Positions 37,081-53,816 of a DNA stretch of 64,000 bases are shown piece after piece. A program made the position numbers and the translations under genes. The stretch is from contig OX597827.1 of the NCBI GenBank assembly GCA_951406725.2, positions 36,394,001-36,458,000 on the forward strand, read 5' to 3'. This DNA comes from Octopus vulgaris. Lineage: Eukaryota. Each line of letters starts with the position of its first letter. Positions within the stretch are counted from its first letter, which is position 1. The notes beneath the pieces are model-generated. The model made no database searches and was not told the DNA's origin. It worked only from the letters and a program-made list of their open reading frames with translations.

Positions 37081-37360
37081 GTAAGTAGATGTGCAGTGAG
37101 GGCGGCTGTGGCGGCGGTGGCGGCGGTGGCGGCGGTGGCGGCGGTGGCGGCAGTGGTGACGGTGGTGTTATAGTAAACTATTCTTATTCTGACTCTATGC
37201 AATATATCGGCTTATATGCAACCCCTACTTAGATCTAGGCTATATCTTATACTCCATTTCTGTACTCGCACGGAATGGGTAGATTACTCCAAGTAGCTTT
37301 ATTATCTAGCTCCTATCCGAAGGAACGTAGAAGGAAAGGGTTTTATGTACATTTATTCCT

Positions 37361-38393
37361 TGGGCGATTGGCACCGAGAGTGTCGCCAAGCTCTACAGCA
37401 GCTCTGCCGTCCGGGATTAAACTTGTGCAACTTTCAAACGACCAAAGCGTTCTATAGAGGACTAGTGGAGGGGAGGTCCGACGACACACTCGGGGCAAAC
37501 CTGGGCGTCGACGAGAAATTCCTAACCCGCCTGTTCAGGACGACGTTCGGGCTGGGGCCTATGGATAACTTCCAGAGATCCCTGGCTTTGCAATGCTATC
37601 GAGACGCACTACCTGTTCGAGAGAAGAGCTACAGGCACGGTTCGAAAACCACCACCGGGCCGACCTGCCCGAGATGCGGTCAGGACGACGAAACCGTTCT
37701 GCATGCACTCGTGCAGTGTCCAGATATTTCAGAGCTGTGGACCATCGTCGAACAGCTGTTGTCGCGTGTAGGACGGGCTCGCTTATCGGCCGAGTCTATC
37801 GTGAATATTGTTCCACCACCTTCCTTTAAACGGGAAGGGAAAACAGTTTTCGTAACACTAATAGCTATGGCGAAAGAATGTGTGTGGTGGACGCGTTTGA
37901 AAGGGCTACAAACAAACACTTTCCTCTCTGGTCAGTCTCTCGTCAACTTTTTCAAGTACCACTTGAAAAGGAGGATGAGAATAGAGAGGAAGGCTTTGTC
38001 GAATGAATGTTTTAATAAAAAGTGGGTAATTGTGGCAAAAATGGTCAGTATGAAAGACGGCACCATTTTAAGCGTAAATCTGTAACCAAAAGAGACAACG
38101 AGAGGTAAGGTACTTACTCTTGTGTACACTTCGAACTGTCTGAGGTGACCTTGGTATTTTTTGTAGGTTTTTCTTTCCAAGGCTACACCTAAACTGTGAA
38201 CAATAGCGATCCCCCCACCTCTTTTTGGGGGAACTTTTTATATTGCTTTTTATACACCACATAACCCAAAGATCCCTATTGATCGAACGTTTTTCTTTGT
38301 GTGTCCCACCCATCCCACCTCAAAAAGAAAAACTCTACATTGTATTTCGTACATTTTTTCTGTGTTTAGCCCTGTGTGGCCATAATAAAAAGA

Positions 38394-38472
<79 letters not shown>
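37361..38472 (+). mobile_element. Tx1-clade LINE, 5'-truncated copy with (TATC)n tail
   Basis: Closely matches 45904-46913; ORF end with CPRC...H...C; AATAAA at 38384; (TATC)n 38394-38472. Confidence 0.92.
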
Positions 38473-38473
<1 letters not shown>

Positions 38474-38474
38474 A

Positions 38475-41051
<2,577 letters not shown>

Positions 41052-41382
41052 CGACTGACGTGTTGTCACCTCGGCTCCGAAGGTAATCGTTTATTTTGAC
41101 TATTTATAGCCCATATTTTGTGTACATTTTTGTAAATAAGGTGTGTAAGGCACCCAACTTTCGTTTGAGTGCTTTTCCAAGGGAGGAATTCGCCTCTAGG
41201 GGCAGTTTCAACCCTATTTAATTTGTGTATTTTTCTTCTCGACATTAAAAAATGTCGAGAAATGTTATTGTAGAACGCTGGTCGCGTTCCTTTATGGACC
41301 AGCATTTTCCCAGACTTGAAACGCTAGGAGAAAAAAGAACTTATGCACGCACACACATTCGACAAAGACAAACCTGAGTAAC

Positions 41383-43140
41383 GTGGTAGTGAACGATGCA
41401 ACCACTTGCGGTAACAGCCCTGTCACCACCACCACCACCACCACCACCACTAACAACAACAACAACAACAACGAGACTACTACTGCTACCACCACCACCT
41501 CCACCACCTCCACCACCTCCACCACCACCACCACCACCACCACCACGACGACGACCAACATAAATGATAAAAATGAAACTCACGCGAATACTATTAACAA
41601 AAACAACAGCAACAAGAACAACAACAAAAATGAAATAAATATTTTACCATCTAATAGTGAAGGCATTAATATAAAAGAACCAACAGCACCAGTAAATTTC
41701 GCTGACACTCTGCGTCAGAAAAAAGAAATAATAAAATTTACGAATGAAGAGTTAATAGAAACGAGAGCACTCTTTACAACCCAAGGGCAGGATTTAGTGC
41801 TGCCTACACCTCAACACAAAGGAACAAATAGAAAATAAGACAATTATATATAAAATTATAAGAAAAAACAAAAAACAAAATGAACAGATTACAAAAACGG
41901 ACATAGAAAAGTGTTTAAAAAACATAATGAAAAAAAAGAATATATAAACCGGGGTCCTCAGTTTAATACAGTGGTGGTCCGCTTCCCTAACCAGGAAGTG
42001 GCAAAAGCTCACTCTACGGAGTCTTTGCAAAATGATGAAATCATCATGGTCCCATATTACAAAGGCCAGAGAGTGAGTAGAATTAGCATTAAAAATGTAC
42101 CCCCCGAGATACCTAACAAATGGATAACAGGAGCGATCTGTTACCATTTGAAAACGATAAACATATTAGAAACCGCCGTGTACAAAAACGGCAATTGGGG
42201 TGGTAAAACAATAGTAGTGACCATCCAGATTGAGGGGTCCTCTATCGAGAACCTACCTGATAGGGTCCATTTAGAAAATGGGTAAAGCCTATATGTTGTA
42301 GCAGAAGGCAAAAAGCCTAGATGCTACAACTGTGGCAGCCCAGAACATTTAATTGCCAAGTGCGCTCTGGCACAGAAAAAACAAGAAAGAACAAATCAGA
42401 AAACAAATAAAAAACCCTTGTTGCCAACACCAACACCAACACCAACTCAATTATGGAACAATGCCAAGAAAAACAACAAACCAGCAAACAAACCCCAACA
42501 ACATCACCAAGAAAAGAAACAGCACCAACACAATCACCGTTGACGTCGCAACCAATTCAACATACTGAACCAACAAAAGATAAACCAACACCAACACCGA
42601 GGACGACAACTAAAAAGACAGAAAACAGTGACGAGAAGACAAATTCTACCTCTAACACCACAACCCCCTTATGATTCGTCGGACTCGTCGTCCAACGACG
42701 AAAGTTCGACGGAATGGCAAATAGCCACAAGGGGTAAAAGGAAAAGATAAAAAAAGCCCACCAAACAAGTAAGTAAAGCAGGGAGATATTTAACTCCGGA
42801 CAGCATCCCCCTAGACAATAAAAAAATCAATGAACCCGCAAAACTACACACACAACTAACTGCAATAGACACAGACAATAAAAAATTAATGGATTACATT
42901 GCATCCAACACGAACATCTGTGAAGATGACTTTAAGACAAATAATCATCCGCGCACCACACCACCGAAACACATAAGAATTGTACACATAACACAAACAC
43001 AACACCATACACTGAAAACATTATTTCCAAATGCGGTAGGTGGGTTTCAACGATACCTCTCCAAAAAACTATACAAACACCTCCTCAAAGATACTACAAA
43101 AGAAGAAGAAAAAAATGAAACTTTCGAAATGAGTAAGTGA
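41383..43140 (+). pseudogene. Tx1 ORF1 (gag-like with CCHC knuckle), several stops/frameshifts
   Basis: T/N-rich N-terminus, RISIKNVPPEI, then AEGKKPRCYNCGSPEHLIAKC, P/T-rich tail. Confidence 0.8.
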
Positions 43141-43206
43141 CCTTCCCTCTTGCCTCTTGTCTCTTCCAATGTAGTGTGTGAAACACAAATTTCTTAAACG
43201 TCAATT

Positions 43207-46200
43207 ATGCTTAAATTAGGTTGTGTGAATGCGCGTGGCTTGGCGTCGGCTTGGAAGCAAGGTTACCTTCTAAACGACATCAATTCACTGAACGTGAAAC
43301 CAGACTCAGCAAGCCGCGGGCCCTCGCGTCCATGTTTGGCGATCAATTCGACATTTATTTTTCTCCCTGTCTGCCGAACATGGGTGGTGGAGGAACCGCG
43401 GTGCTTTTTCGAAAGAGTCTAAATGTAAAAGTAAGAACAATATTCCTAGACCCGGAGGGTAGGCTGGTTGTCTTGGACGTGGATGGCAGAAATGGGTGTG
43501 CATTCCGTCTGATGGCAGTTTATGCACCGTCCTTAACGGGTCGGGTGGATTTCTTCAGACGTCTAGAAGTTTTCCTGGGTACGTCTAGACCTTTACTGTT
43601 AGTAGGGGATTGGAACGCTACCTTGGACACGCATCTAGATTATGTGGGAATGGATAGGAATAGAAGGGGGTGTAAGTGCCTCAAAGACCTACTCAGACGT
43701 TTCTATTTGTCTGACAGGTTCCGACTCGACCATCCGAACGTGCCAACGTGGACTTGAACAAATCGCGTCGGATCGTCGAGATCTTATCTAGATAGAATTC
43801 TATGCAGGACAGCGGATAGGGATAGTGTAGGATGTCCACAATTTAAAATAGTCAGCTACACAGATCACAAATTTGTGACGTGTACGCTCGACTTAGATAA
43901 GACACATAGACAGGGTCCCGGTTACTGGAAACTGAACACGTCGCTCTTAGCGCGACAGGTTTACAGGAACCGGATTAGCGAGTTAATTAAGAGGGCGATG
44001 ACGGGAGCCGTCGTTAACAACCGCTGGTGGTTCGCCCTGAAAATGGCAATAAAATCGGAATCAATTAGGTTTAGCAAGGAATTAGCGATAGATCGAAATA
44101 GAGTAGAGGGAGACCTGGTTAAGAAACTAGAAGAGGCACTTACCACTGGCAGCGCAACCAACGCGCTGGCTGCGAGGATGGCCCTCGACCAACACCTCAA
44201 CGCCAAGCACGAAGGTTGCGTCGTCAGAGCTAAAATGCGTGCCTTAAGGAACGAAGGGATCGAAGCTGCGCGAGAGGCCCGGGTAGCGGAGGCGCAGCGT
44301 GGCAACAGAGCCACCATTCGGTCTCTAATAGATCAACAGGGATGCAGTTTACTCGAACCCGAAAGGATGTGTGAGGCCTTTCAACAGCACTTTGCTCGAC
44401 TGCTTGGTGCGAGTGGTGGGTCGGAACGCGGGATGGATTTCAGTGCCTACCTGACCGACCTGCCGCGGCTCTCGGCAAGAGAAGCGGGGTGTTGTGAAAG
44501 TCCCATCACAGCCGCTGACGTGCGGGATGCGATGGCGGGCTGCGCGAGGGATAAGTCGCCTGGATTGGGTGGTTTACCATACGAGCTGTATTGTCAAATG
44601 CCAGACTTGTTTGGCGACCTCTTGGCATCAGTCTACTGCAACTGGCAGCAAAACGGGAGAATCCCCGGTTTCGTGAGCCGAGGTGCAGTGACGTTGCTGA
44701 AGAAAGACCCAAACAAGGGGAATTTTATAGATAATTTCAGGCCCATCACTCTGCTCAACGCAGATTTGAAAATTTTGGCCAAAGTAATAGCAGAGAGGTT
44801 GGCGCTTGTCATTGGTAAACTGGTCGCCAGGGCGCAAACATGCGCCGTGCCGGGCAGAACCATACATGACAACCTCCACCTGATGCACTACATTGTGGAC
44901 AGGGTAGTTAAGGATCCTGGCAAGGGTGGGGCGCTGATCAATTTGGATCAGTCTAAAGCCTTCGATAGGGTCGACCATCGGTACTTGGCGGTCGTCCTCA
45001 GGGCAGCTGGCTTCGGTCCCGTCTTCCGCGGTTGGATCGCTGCCTTGTATAGCGGCATCCGATCGGTGATTCGGGTGAACGGTCACCTGTCGAAACCGTT
45101 TGACATCACGCATTCGGTCCGTCAGGGGTGTCCCCTGTCGGCGCTTCTGTATGTATTGACTCTCGAGCCGCTACTGCGGAAGATGGCGACACTGAGGGGC
45201 ATCCCACGGGAACTGGGTTGCGGGACGAGCGTGTCGGCATATTCGGACGATGTCACCGTCATAGTGTCGAGCGACAAACACATCCAGATGATAGGCGAGA
45301 CACTAAGAAAATACGAAACGGTGACGGGAGCGAAGATTAACCCGGAAAAGTCAGTGGGTTTGCTACTCGGCACCTGGAGAAGCAAGCCCATGCCGTCCGA
45401 CTGCGGCTCAGTAGTGGGACGCTGGACGGACGGACCGGTTAAATTGCTCGGGGTCTGGTTCAGTCCGGACCTCCAAATGGATAAGAACTGGGACGAGATC
45501 ACGAGTAGAGTGGTCGCTCTCAGCCAAACATGGGCCGAGAGAAAGCTGTCTCTAAAAGGTCGGGCGGAGGTGGCGAACGCGTACATCGCATCCGTCATCG
45601 ATTACCGCCTGACCGTCGTGCCTTGTCCCGACGCCACCATCACCAAACTGGAGCGCATACTCTTCCGCTTCCTGTGGAAGGGTGGCGTTCCGATAGTGAG
45701 GAAGTCCATTTGCTGTCAACATCCGTTGAATGGAGGACTGGGCATGCCGTGGTTGATGATGCGCAGGCATGCGCTGAGACTGCGACATATCTGGAACTTC
45801 ATCGATGACGGTGAACAGGTGTGGGCGCCGTTTGTGAGGCGCGCCTTCCCGCAGCTCGTCTCACTGACCGAACTGCAAACGTGGATCAAGAAGAGACCGA
45901 AACTGGGCGATTGGCACCGAGAGTGTCGCCAAGCTCTACAGCAACTCTGCCGAGCGGGGTCAAACTTGTGCAACTTACAAACGACTAAAATGTTCTATAG
46001 AGGACTAGTGGAGGAGAGGTCCGACGACACACTCGGGGCAAACCTGGGCGTCGACGAGAAATTCCTAACCAGCCTGTTCAGGACGACGTTCGGGCCGGGG
46101 CCTATGGATAACTTCCAGAAATCCCTGGCTTGGCAATGCTATCGAGACGCACTACCTGTTCGAGAGAAGAGCTACAGGCACGGTTCGAAAACCATCACCG

Positions 46201-46628
46201 GACCGACCTGCCCGAGATGCGGTCAGAGCGACGAAACCGTTCTGCATGCACTCGTGCAGTGTCCAGATATTTCAGTGCTGTGGACCTTCGTCGAACAGCT
46301 GTTGTCGCGTGTAGGACGGGCTCGCTTATCGGCCGAGTCTATCGTGAATATTGTTCCACCACCTTCCTTTAAACGGGAAGGGAAAACGGTTTTCGTTACG
46401 CTGATGGCTATGGCGAAAGAATGTGTGTGGTGGACGCGTTTGAAAGGACTGCAAACAAACACCTTCCTCTCTGATCAGTCTCTCGTCAACTTTTTCAAAT
46501 ACCACTTGAAAAGGAGGATGAGAATAGAGAGGAAGGCTTTGTCGAACGAATGTTTTAATAAAAAGTGGGTAAAAGTGTCAAAAATGGTCAGTATGAAAGA
46601 CGACGCTATTTTAAGCGTAAATCTGTGA
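43207..46628 (+). pseudogene. Tx1 ORF2 (AP endonuclease, reverse transcriptase, CCHC); frameshift near 43295 and TGA at 43755, then open to the end
   Basis: CVNARGL, AVYAP, VGDWN, SYLDRI, YTDH, GPGYWKLN, KSPG, NFRPITLLN, DQSKAFDRV, VRQGCPLS, YSDD, GGLG, CPRC...H...C. Confidence 0.95.
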
Positions 46629-46913
46629 CCAAAAGAGACAACGAGAGGTAAGGCGACTTACTCATGTTTTCATTTTCGAACTGTCTGAGGTGACCTTGGT
46701 CTTTTTTGTAGGTTTTTCTTTCCAAGGCTACACCTTAACTGTGAACCATATATATATATATATTGCTTTTTTATGCACCACACAACCCACAGATCCCTAT
46801 TGATCAAACGTTTTTTTTTGTGCCCCACCCATCCCACCTCGAAAAGAAAAAAATTCTACATTGTATTTCGTCCATTTTTATTGTGTTTAGCCCTGTGTGG
46901 CTACAATAAAAAG

Positions 46914-47094
<181 letters not shown>

Positions 47095-47103
47095 GTCTAT
47101 CTG

Positions 47104-47170
<67 letters not shown>

Positions 47171-47611
47171 GCCTGTGTTTTTTCTATCTCTAATAACAAT
47201 CACTAACATTTTTATTGTTGTTTCTGTGACAATACTGCTGGTGATGTTGAAATCGTAGTTTTGCATGTTGCTGTTAATTTTACTATAGATGTGAATATAG
47301 CTGTTGTCGTTGATGTGGTTGTCGTTGCTCTTGTCGAACCCCAACACTGTACATCTGTTATTTGTCACTGCTGTCTGAAATAAGATTATTTTGTTGCTTC
47401 TTAACGTTAGTGTTGTGGTTATCTCCCCGCTAACACACATAGTTGATTTTTTCTCTCCACTTTTTGTAGTAATTGATAGTGTTCTTATTGCTTATTGGTT
47501 AGCCTTGGCAAATATCCGAAATACAATCTAAATAAAACACTAAAATCTCCGTCTCTTCTAACCTCTATTCCAACATATTTTCATCACTCGTTCACTTTTT
47601 CAATAGAAACA

Positions 47612-47734
<123 letters not shown>

Positions 47735-47890
47735 CAGAGAGAGCCGGCAAGAGAAGAGGAGTTGTAGGAGAGGCATATCGCAGCGCGTTGATTTGTCATT
47801 TCCGCTGCCATTAAAAAGACCCTTAATGAATTGATAAATTTGATAGATGGCTACATAGCTGATGTTTGAATGGCTGGGCGAATACACACA

Positions 47891-47965
<75 letters not shown>

Positions 47966-48962
47966 GAGAGAGAGATTGTTTGAAAGATAGTTGGGATAAA
48001 ATATCGAAAGACGCACGGATAGAGGATTGTTTGATAGATAAGTAAATAGATAGGTAAAACAAAAATGTCAAAAATAAAAGGTACACGCATGCACATGCAC
48101 ACTCATACCTACTTCAATAAGTCAATAATCGAAAAACGAAACAACACGCGAAATTAACAGTTAACAAAAAAAAAATAGACAAAAAAAAAAAGAAAAAGAG
48201 AACAAGAAACAAACAAAAACTTTGATGTCTTGTTCGCTATTTGCCGTCACTTGGCATTGTTTAGCTTAAGTAAATGGAAGGGGAGGCCTTTCATATTTTC
48301 CGCCACTGATCAATTAATATTTCTCTGGTTTATATTCACTTACAACTAATTTGTAATATTCACTTTTATCTGTTTTGGTTTAATTTTGTCTATATTTTTT
48401 TATCTGTATTATTTCTATGTCTGAGTATGCATGAGTATGTTTGTATATGTATGTGAGAGTCTGTACTTGTGTCTGTATGATGGTGAGTGTGCACGCGTTT
48501 CTTGTTCGTGTGTTTCCGATTATATATATTTGTTAGCGCGTGCGACCGTGTTATTGATATCAAAGTACTGTCGATTTGTGTTCTGTAAATCTACAATTGA
48601 TAAAATAAGATTGTTGTATTTGATTTGATCAGCATATCTCTGTCTGTCATTGTCAGTTTATCTCTCTCACTCTCTTTGTATGTATGTATGTATGCATGTA
48701 TGTATGTATGTATGTATGTATGTATGTATGTATGTATGTATGTATGTATGTATGTATGTATGTATGCATGCATGCATGTATGTATGCATGTATGTATGTA
48801 TGTATGTATGCATGCATGCATGCATGTATGCATGCATGTATGTATGCATACATGCATGCATGTATGTATGTATGTATGTATGTATGCATGCATGCATGCA
48901 TGCATGTATGTATGTATGTATGTATGTATGTATGTATGCATGCATGTATGTATGTATGTATG

Positions 48963-48994
<32 letters not shown>

Positions 48995-49732
48995 CCCAAA
49001 CGCATTGTTAAACAATGTTTCTATAAGTAAAAATACTGTAAACATTAACTGAAGAAAGGAGTTACAAGTGTACAGTAAGACATTTTCAAAGAACATTACA
49101 CTATTACAATGCAATTCCAGCAGGTAGTGTATCCTAAGATAAACAGGACTAGAAATTGGATAAACTGTAAAGAAGATATATGCTGGCACAATCCTTCATA
49201 AAGTCTGAACATCTCCATTTCTATAGTTCAATTTAAAAATTCTTTTTATGAATAATTCCCTCAGCACCAATGCTACAAAATCTTTAATAACATACCATAA
49301 TTGCAATTATAATATTCCTAACTTTGCAAATAACACTGCCACTTCCGATCTGGCTAAATTCTTCTTATAAAAACAAGGCCAATGTAGGACAAGTAACAAT
49401 TGAAAATGTCTATAAAAAGATGACTTACCTTGTCTGTGCATTTATTAAATTCGAAATCCCGTATAATTTCGTGTAATATCAAGTAATATCCAAAATGGAA
49501 GGAATTACCAACATTTTTAGGTAGACCGCTTGAAAAATTGTAGAAGTTCTTCCCGCATGCAATCATTGGTAGCACTGTTAATCCATAAATAAAGAATATT
49601 TACCAACCGAATATTGGTTCGTACTGTTCGATACTATCACATACACACATACATACATACATACATACATACATACATACATACATACATACATACATAC
49701 ATACATACATACATACATACATACATACATAC

Positions 49733-50175
49733 ATACCTAGATGACATTCTAATAAAGAGCGAGTCTCATGTGCAACATGTCGAACACATAAAGAAAGTAT
49801 TCGAGAGAATAAGTGAAGTCAGACTAAAACTGACGGAAGAAAAACGTGAATTAGGTCAAGTAAACGACGAAAGTGGGCGCAGACCGGACCCATGAAGGGC
49901 GATGGCAATACGAAATATGCCGCCCCCGACGAACATGACGAACATGGCGAACATGACAGTTTACCAAGTGTATATACCAAATATACATAAGGTGAGGGAA
50001 CCACTTAATGAATTATAAAAAAAAAGTCAAATGGGAAATAGATAGAGAAATGCCAGAAAGCATTTAACGAGTTAAAAGATGTGTTAACTTCAGACATGTA
50101 TCTTACGCATTTCGACCCAAAGTTAGAGATAATACTAGCTACAGATGCTAGCAAGTATGGGATAGGAGCCGTAAA
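49733..50175 (+). mobile_element. Gypsy-type pol fragment (RT end and RNase H start)
   Basis: YLDDILI...HIKKVFERI...; [14 protein letters not shown]...[24 protein letters not shown]. Confidence 0.85.
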
Positions 50176-50179
50176 AATG

Positions 50180-51050
50180 ATGCCTGCAGTCGATTGGGTC
50201 GGGTCAAAAGCAATTTTGACCCTATGGGCCCAAAAGGCTGAAGATCTAGTTTTACCAGATTTTTTAACAATGGCCGGTTCCAGGTACCCTGTGATGGTTG
50301 AGGGACGCCCCTCCCCCAAGTATCACCTGTGCCTGGAATCGGGCCACTTAAGGAAGAACTGTCGCCGGAACCAGGCAAAGGTCCTGGAACAGTTAATCGA
50401 TAAAGAACTCACTGTTTCTCCCACGGAGCACCCTGCTCCTTCACTAGAGGGAGAGAGGGAGAAAATCGAGGAGGAGGTAACCCCCTCGAAAAAAAGAACA
50501 AAAAGAAAGAAGGTGGGCAACAATGGTTGCCCACCGATGGATCCCGAGGCGGCGTGACGGAAGGAGGGATCTACGGACATGCCGGAGAAACCTCACCCTC
50601 CCGCGTTGAAAAAAGGGAAAAAAAAGAAAAACGGGGCATCGCTGGCGGCGGCATGCCCCAAAACCCCTTTGGTGTAATTGCCACCGGAGGGAGAGAAGAT
50701 GGGAAACTCGTCGGTACGATGTGTGCCACTGAGCGAGGGAGTGGAGGCCCCTCCCGATGTAAGTGTGGAAAGATAAGTGTCTAGCCTTATTTTGAGGGGG
50801 CGAGTACTCCATCCCATGCAGCTGTGGTAGGTTACACAAAGGCGGAACAACATGCCGCCCCCTCAAAATAAGGGTAGATGAACATCGCAAATTATACTGT
50901 GATACTGAATGGACATTATAAAGATCCAACCTTTAGAGGATAACAACACTGTACGACAAGGGTTTATACAGTGCCAGATAGAAACATTCTATCGACGACT
51001 TCGGAATATAACAATATCTGTCAGAGCAACAACCGTCGTCAAAAGACAGA
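50180..51050 (+). mobile_element. Tx1-like ORF1 fragment
   Basis: [37 protein letters not shown] parallels LPDRVHL...VVAEGKKPRCYNC...H...C of the ORF1 at 42250-42365. Confidence 0.6.
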
Positions 51051-51115
51051 TACAACAGTGGCAAAAGACCGCTTTACAACATATATATGTATTTGTGTGT
51101 CTGTATATATTTATG

Positions 51116-51171
<56 letters not shown>

Positions 51172-51176
51172 ATATA

Positions 51177-52982
51177 TCTCTATATTATAATTCTGAAATG
51201 CGAAAAGTTTGTTTGTCTGGTTTTGGCATTGAGAACGGGTTAAAGGCCACTAGATCCCGTCGGATTGACTCCAAAATTTACAGGGACATGTAAAATGAGG
51301 TGAGGATGCGAGTGGGCTAGGTTATAAATCCCCATCTTAAAAGGTGTCGTTGCTAGGGCCAAAAACGCACTTTGACAAGTCGACTCGCATTCTTTTATGT
51401 ATCTGTCTTCCTCCATCACTCACTCTCTTTCCTCCCTTCTCATCACTTTCTATCTATAACGTCGTTTCACAGCGTCTACCTCCCTTCCTTTCACTTTGTC
51501 TTTATAACGTCGTTTCACAGCGTCCTATATCTCCCCCCTCCCCGCCTTCGATAGCGCTTTCACACACACTCTCTCTCTCTCTCTCTACGTCTGTATGTAT
51601 TCATAGAGAGAATTATCATCGCAACCACAACCACACAATCATGAGAACAAATATTATGAATCAGATATTTATTGGGTTAATTTATATATGTGTGTGTGTG
51701 TTCTACATATAAATATGTATATATAATGTATATATACAAAGTGTATATATATGTATTTATGTATATTAAACTTTTTAATACTTTTTGATAGTTATATATA
51801 TTTAAAAAAAATATAAATATAAATTAATAATTTTAATTTTAAATTTAGATAATTTAAATTTTTTAATTTTATATTTTATATATTTTGTATATTATATTTT
51901 TAATTTTATATTTTGGTTTATGTTTTTCACTGTTTGATTTGCCTAATAGTGGTTTTATCTCTAATTTAATTTATATATGTATATATATATATAATTTGTA
52001 TACATTTGTATATATAATGCGTACACACACACACATAAATATATATAATGCGTATATATATATATATATATATATAATGTGTGCATTATGTGGTCGGTTG
52101 TGCTGAAAATATGCACACCTATGTTAAAAGTGCTGGCGAGTTTGCATGGCAACTATTTTTTTCCTCAAATGAAAGGCGTGACCTCTAGGACAAAATTCCT
52201 CATCTTATAAAATGTGACCCGAGTAGACCCGAATGAAATCGGGTTATATTAACCAAACTGTGAAAAGAGGTCTAAATGGGGCTTGAAGAGGATTAAAATT
52301 TACAGGAGCGGGTGTTTAGGAATTCTCTGTTACATCAAGCTAAAAAATTTGCGCCAGCCTTTAAATCGTCAATGTGTTGCCGTCCATGATGAAGAAGTTT
52401 TGAATGCTTGCCATGGTGAGTCTACTGTCGTGAGAAAGAATCACTTCAAAACTTGGTGTTTAGGAATTTTCTTTTACATCAAGTTCAAAATTTTACGCCA
52501 GCCGTTAAACTGCCACTACGTTGCTGTCCGTCGTTAAGAAATGCCAGCCATGGTGACTCTCCTATCCTCAGATTCTATCCCTTCAAACTTTGGTTTCCAA
52601 TATTTTTAAAATTTTTATTCAGCTCGCAAGTTCGTCTGTCCCTTTTAAATGTTAGTGTTTTGCTGTCTGCATTGAAGCAGACCTTTCCGTTGTCACTGCC
52701 TGATATTTATGATTGATCTTTCAAACTATTTTCTTTCTCAACTTACTCAAGATCTTTTGTTGTTTATAAATGGGAGAGAGAGAGAGAGAGAGATAGAGAA
52801 AGAAAGAGAGTAAGAGAAAGCGAGGGAGAGTCCGAGAGAAAGGAAGAGTAAGAGAGTGGGAAAGTGAGAGAGAAAGGAGAGAGAAACAAAGAGGGAGAAT
52901 GTGGTGATAAAAACAGAAAGGAAGCAACAGAAAGTAACAACCACACTCTTAACTGCGCGTAGAGCGGGCCACCTTTAGCTAG
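51177..52982 (+). mobile_element. Non-autonomous Helitron (~1.8 kb) with an internal ~144-bp duplication (52311-52560)
   Basis: A|TCTCTATATTATAA...gtttgtttgtc at the 5' end; GC-rich hairpin remnant (gcgcgtagagcgggc) then CTAG|T at the 3' end. Confidence 0.7.
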
Positions 52983-53163
52983 TATATGTAGTACTCGGGT
53001 CTTCGAGGGAGGATGACCTCCCTTTGCAAACAACACAAGGACACTGAGATAGTGTCTAAAGTCCTTCTGGTGACGTTGATCGCTTGGGGCTAAAAGCATC
53101 AGTACCCCCCCTCCCCAGTGGCTAGCCACATTCAGATGGCTAATACCCCTTACGTTATATATA

Positions 53164-53734
53164 TTGGGTTGTCCGAAAAGTTCGTGCCGATTTATAGTAG
53201 CTTACCTTTCGACTTATTTTAGAACATGGTTGAGTCCATAAAATAAGATTTGACTACACCTCCATTTAGAGCACAGTTTAAGCTATATTTTCGTGGAAGA
53301 TGGTTTATGCTCCTATAACCTCTGTTAATTCTGTAACCCTTTAAAATGAAAGATAAGAAAGTTCACTTTCGGCACTTGATGCTTTGGAAACCAGACAAAA
53401 ATTGCTGCAGCTCGGCTGGAATGTGTTACCCCACCCTCCATATTCACCAAATATTGCTCCTTCGGATTTCCACTTATTCAGGTCTCAGCAGAATAGTCTT
53501 AATGGTAAAAATTTCAATTCCTTGGATGACGTAAAAATATACCTTGATGAATTCTTTGCCATGAAACCACCTCAATTCGGGAGGAAGGTATTTTCAAGTT
53601 AAAGGAAAGATGGAGATTTTGTTGCACAATGCAACAAAGTGGTTCATATTTGGTTGATTAAAAATGTAATGGCAAGTATCTATTGACCTTTTTCTTTCCT
53701 TTAAAAATCGGCACGAACTTTCCGGACAACTTAA
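53164..53734 (+). mobile_element. mariner transposon, internally deleted
   Basis: TA|TTGGGTTGTCCGAAAAGTTCGTGCCGATTT ... AAATCGGCACGAACTTTCCGGACAACTTAA|TA; transposase remnant GWNVLPHPPYSPNIAPSDFHLF. Confidence 0.92.
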
Positions 53735-53744
53735 TATATATATA

Positions 53745-53804
<60 letters not shown>

Positions 53805-53816
53805 AACACATATATG

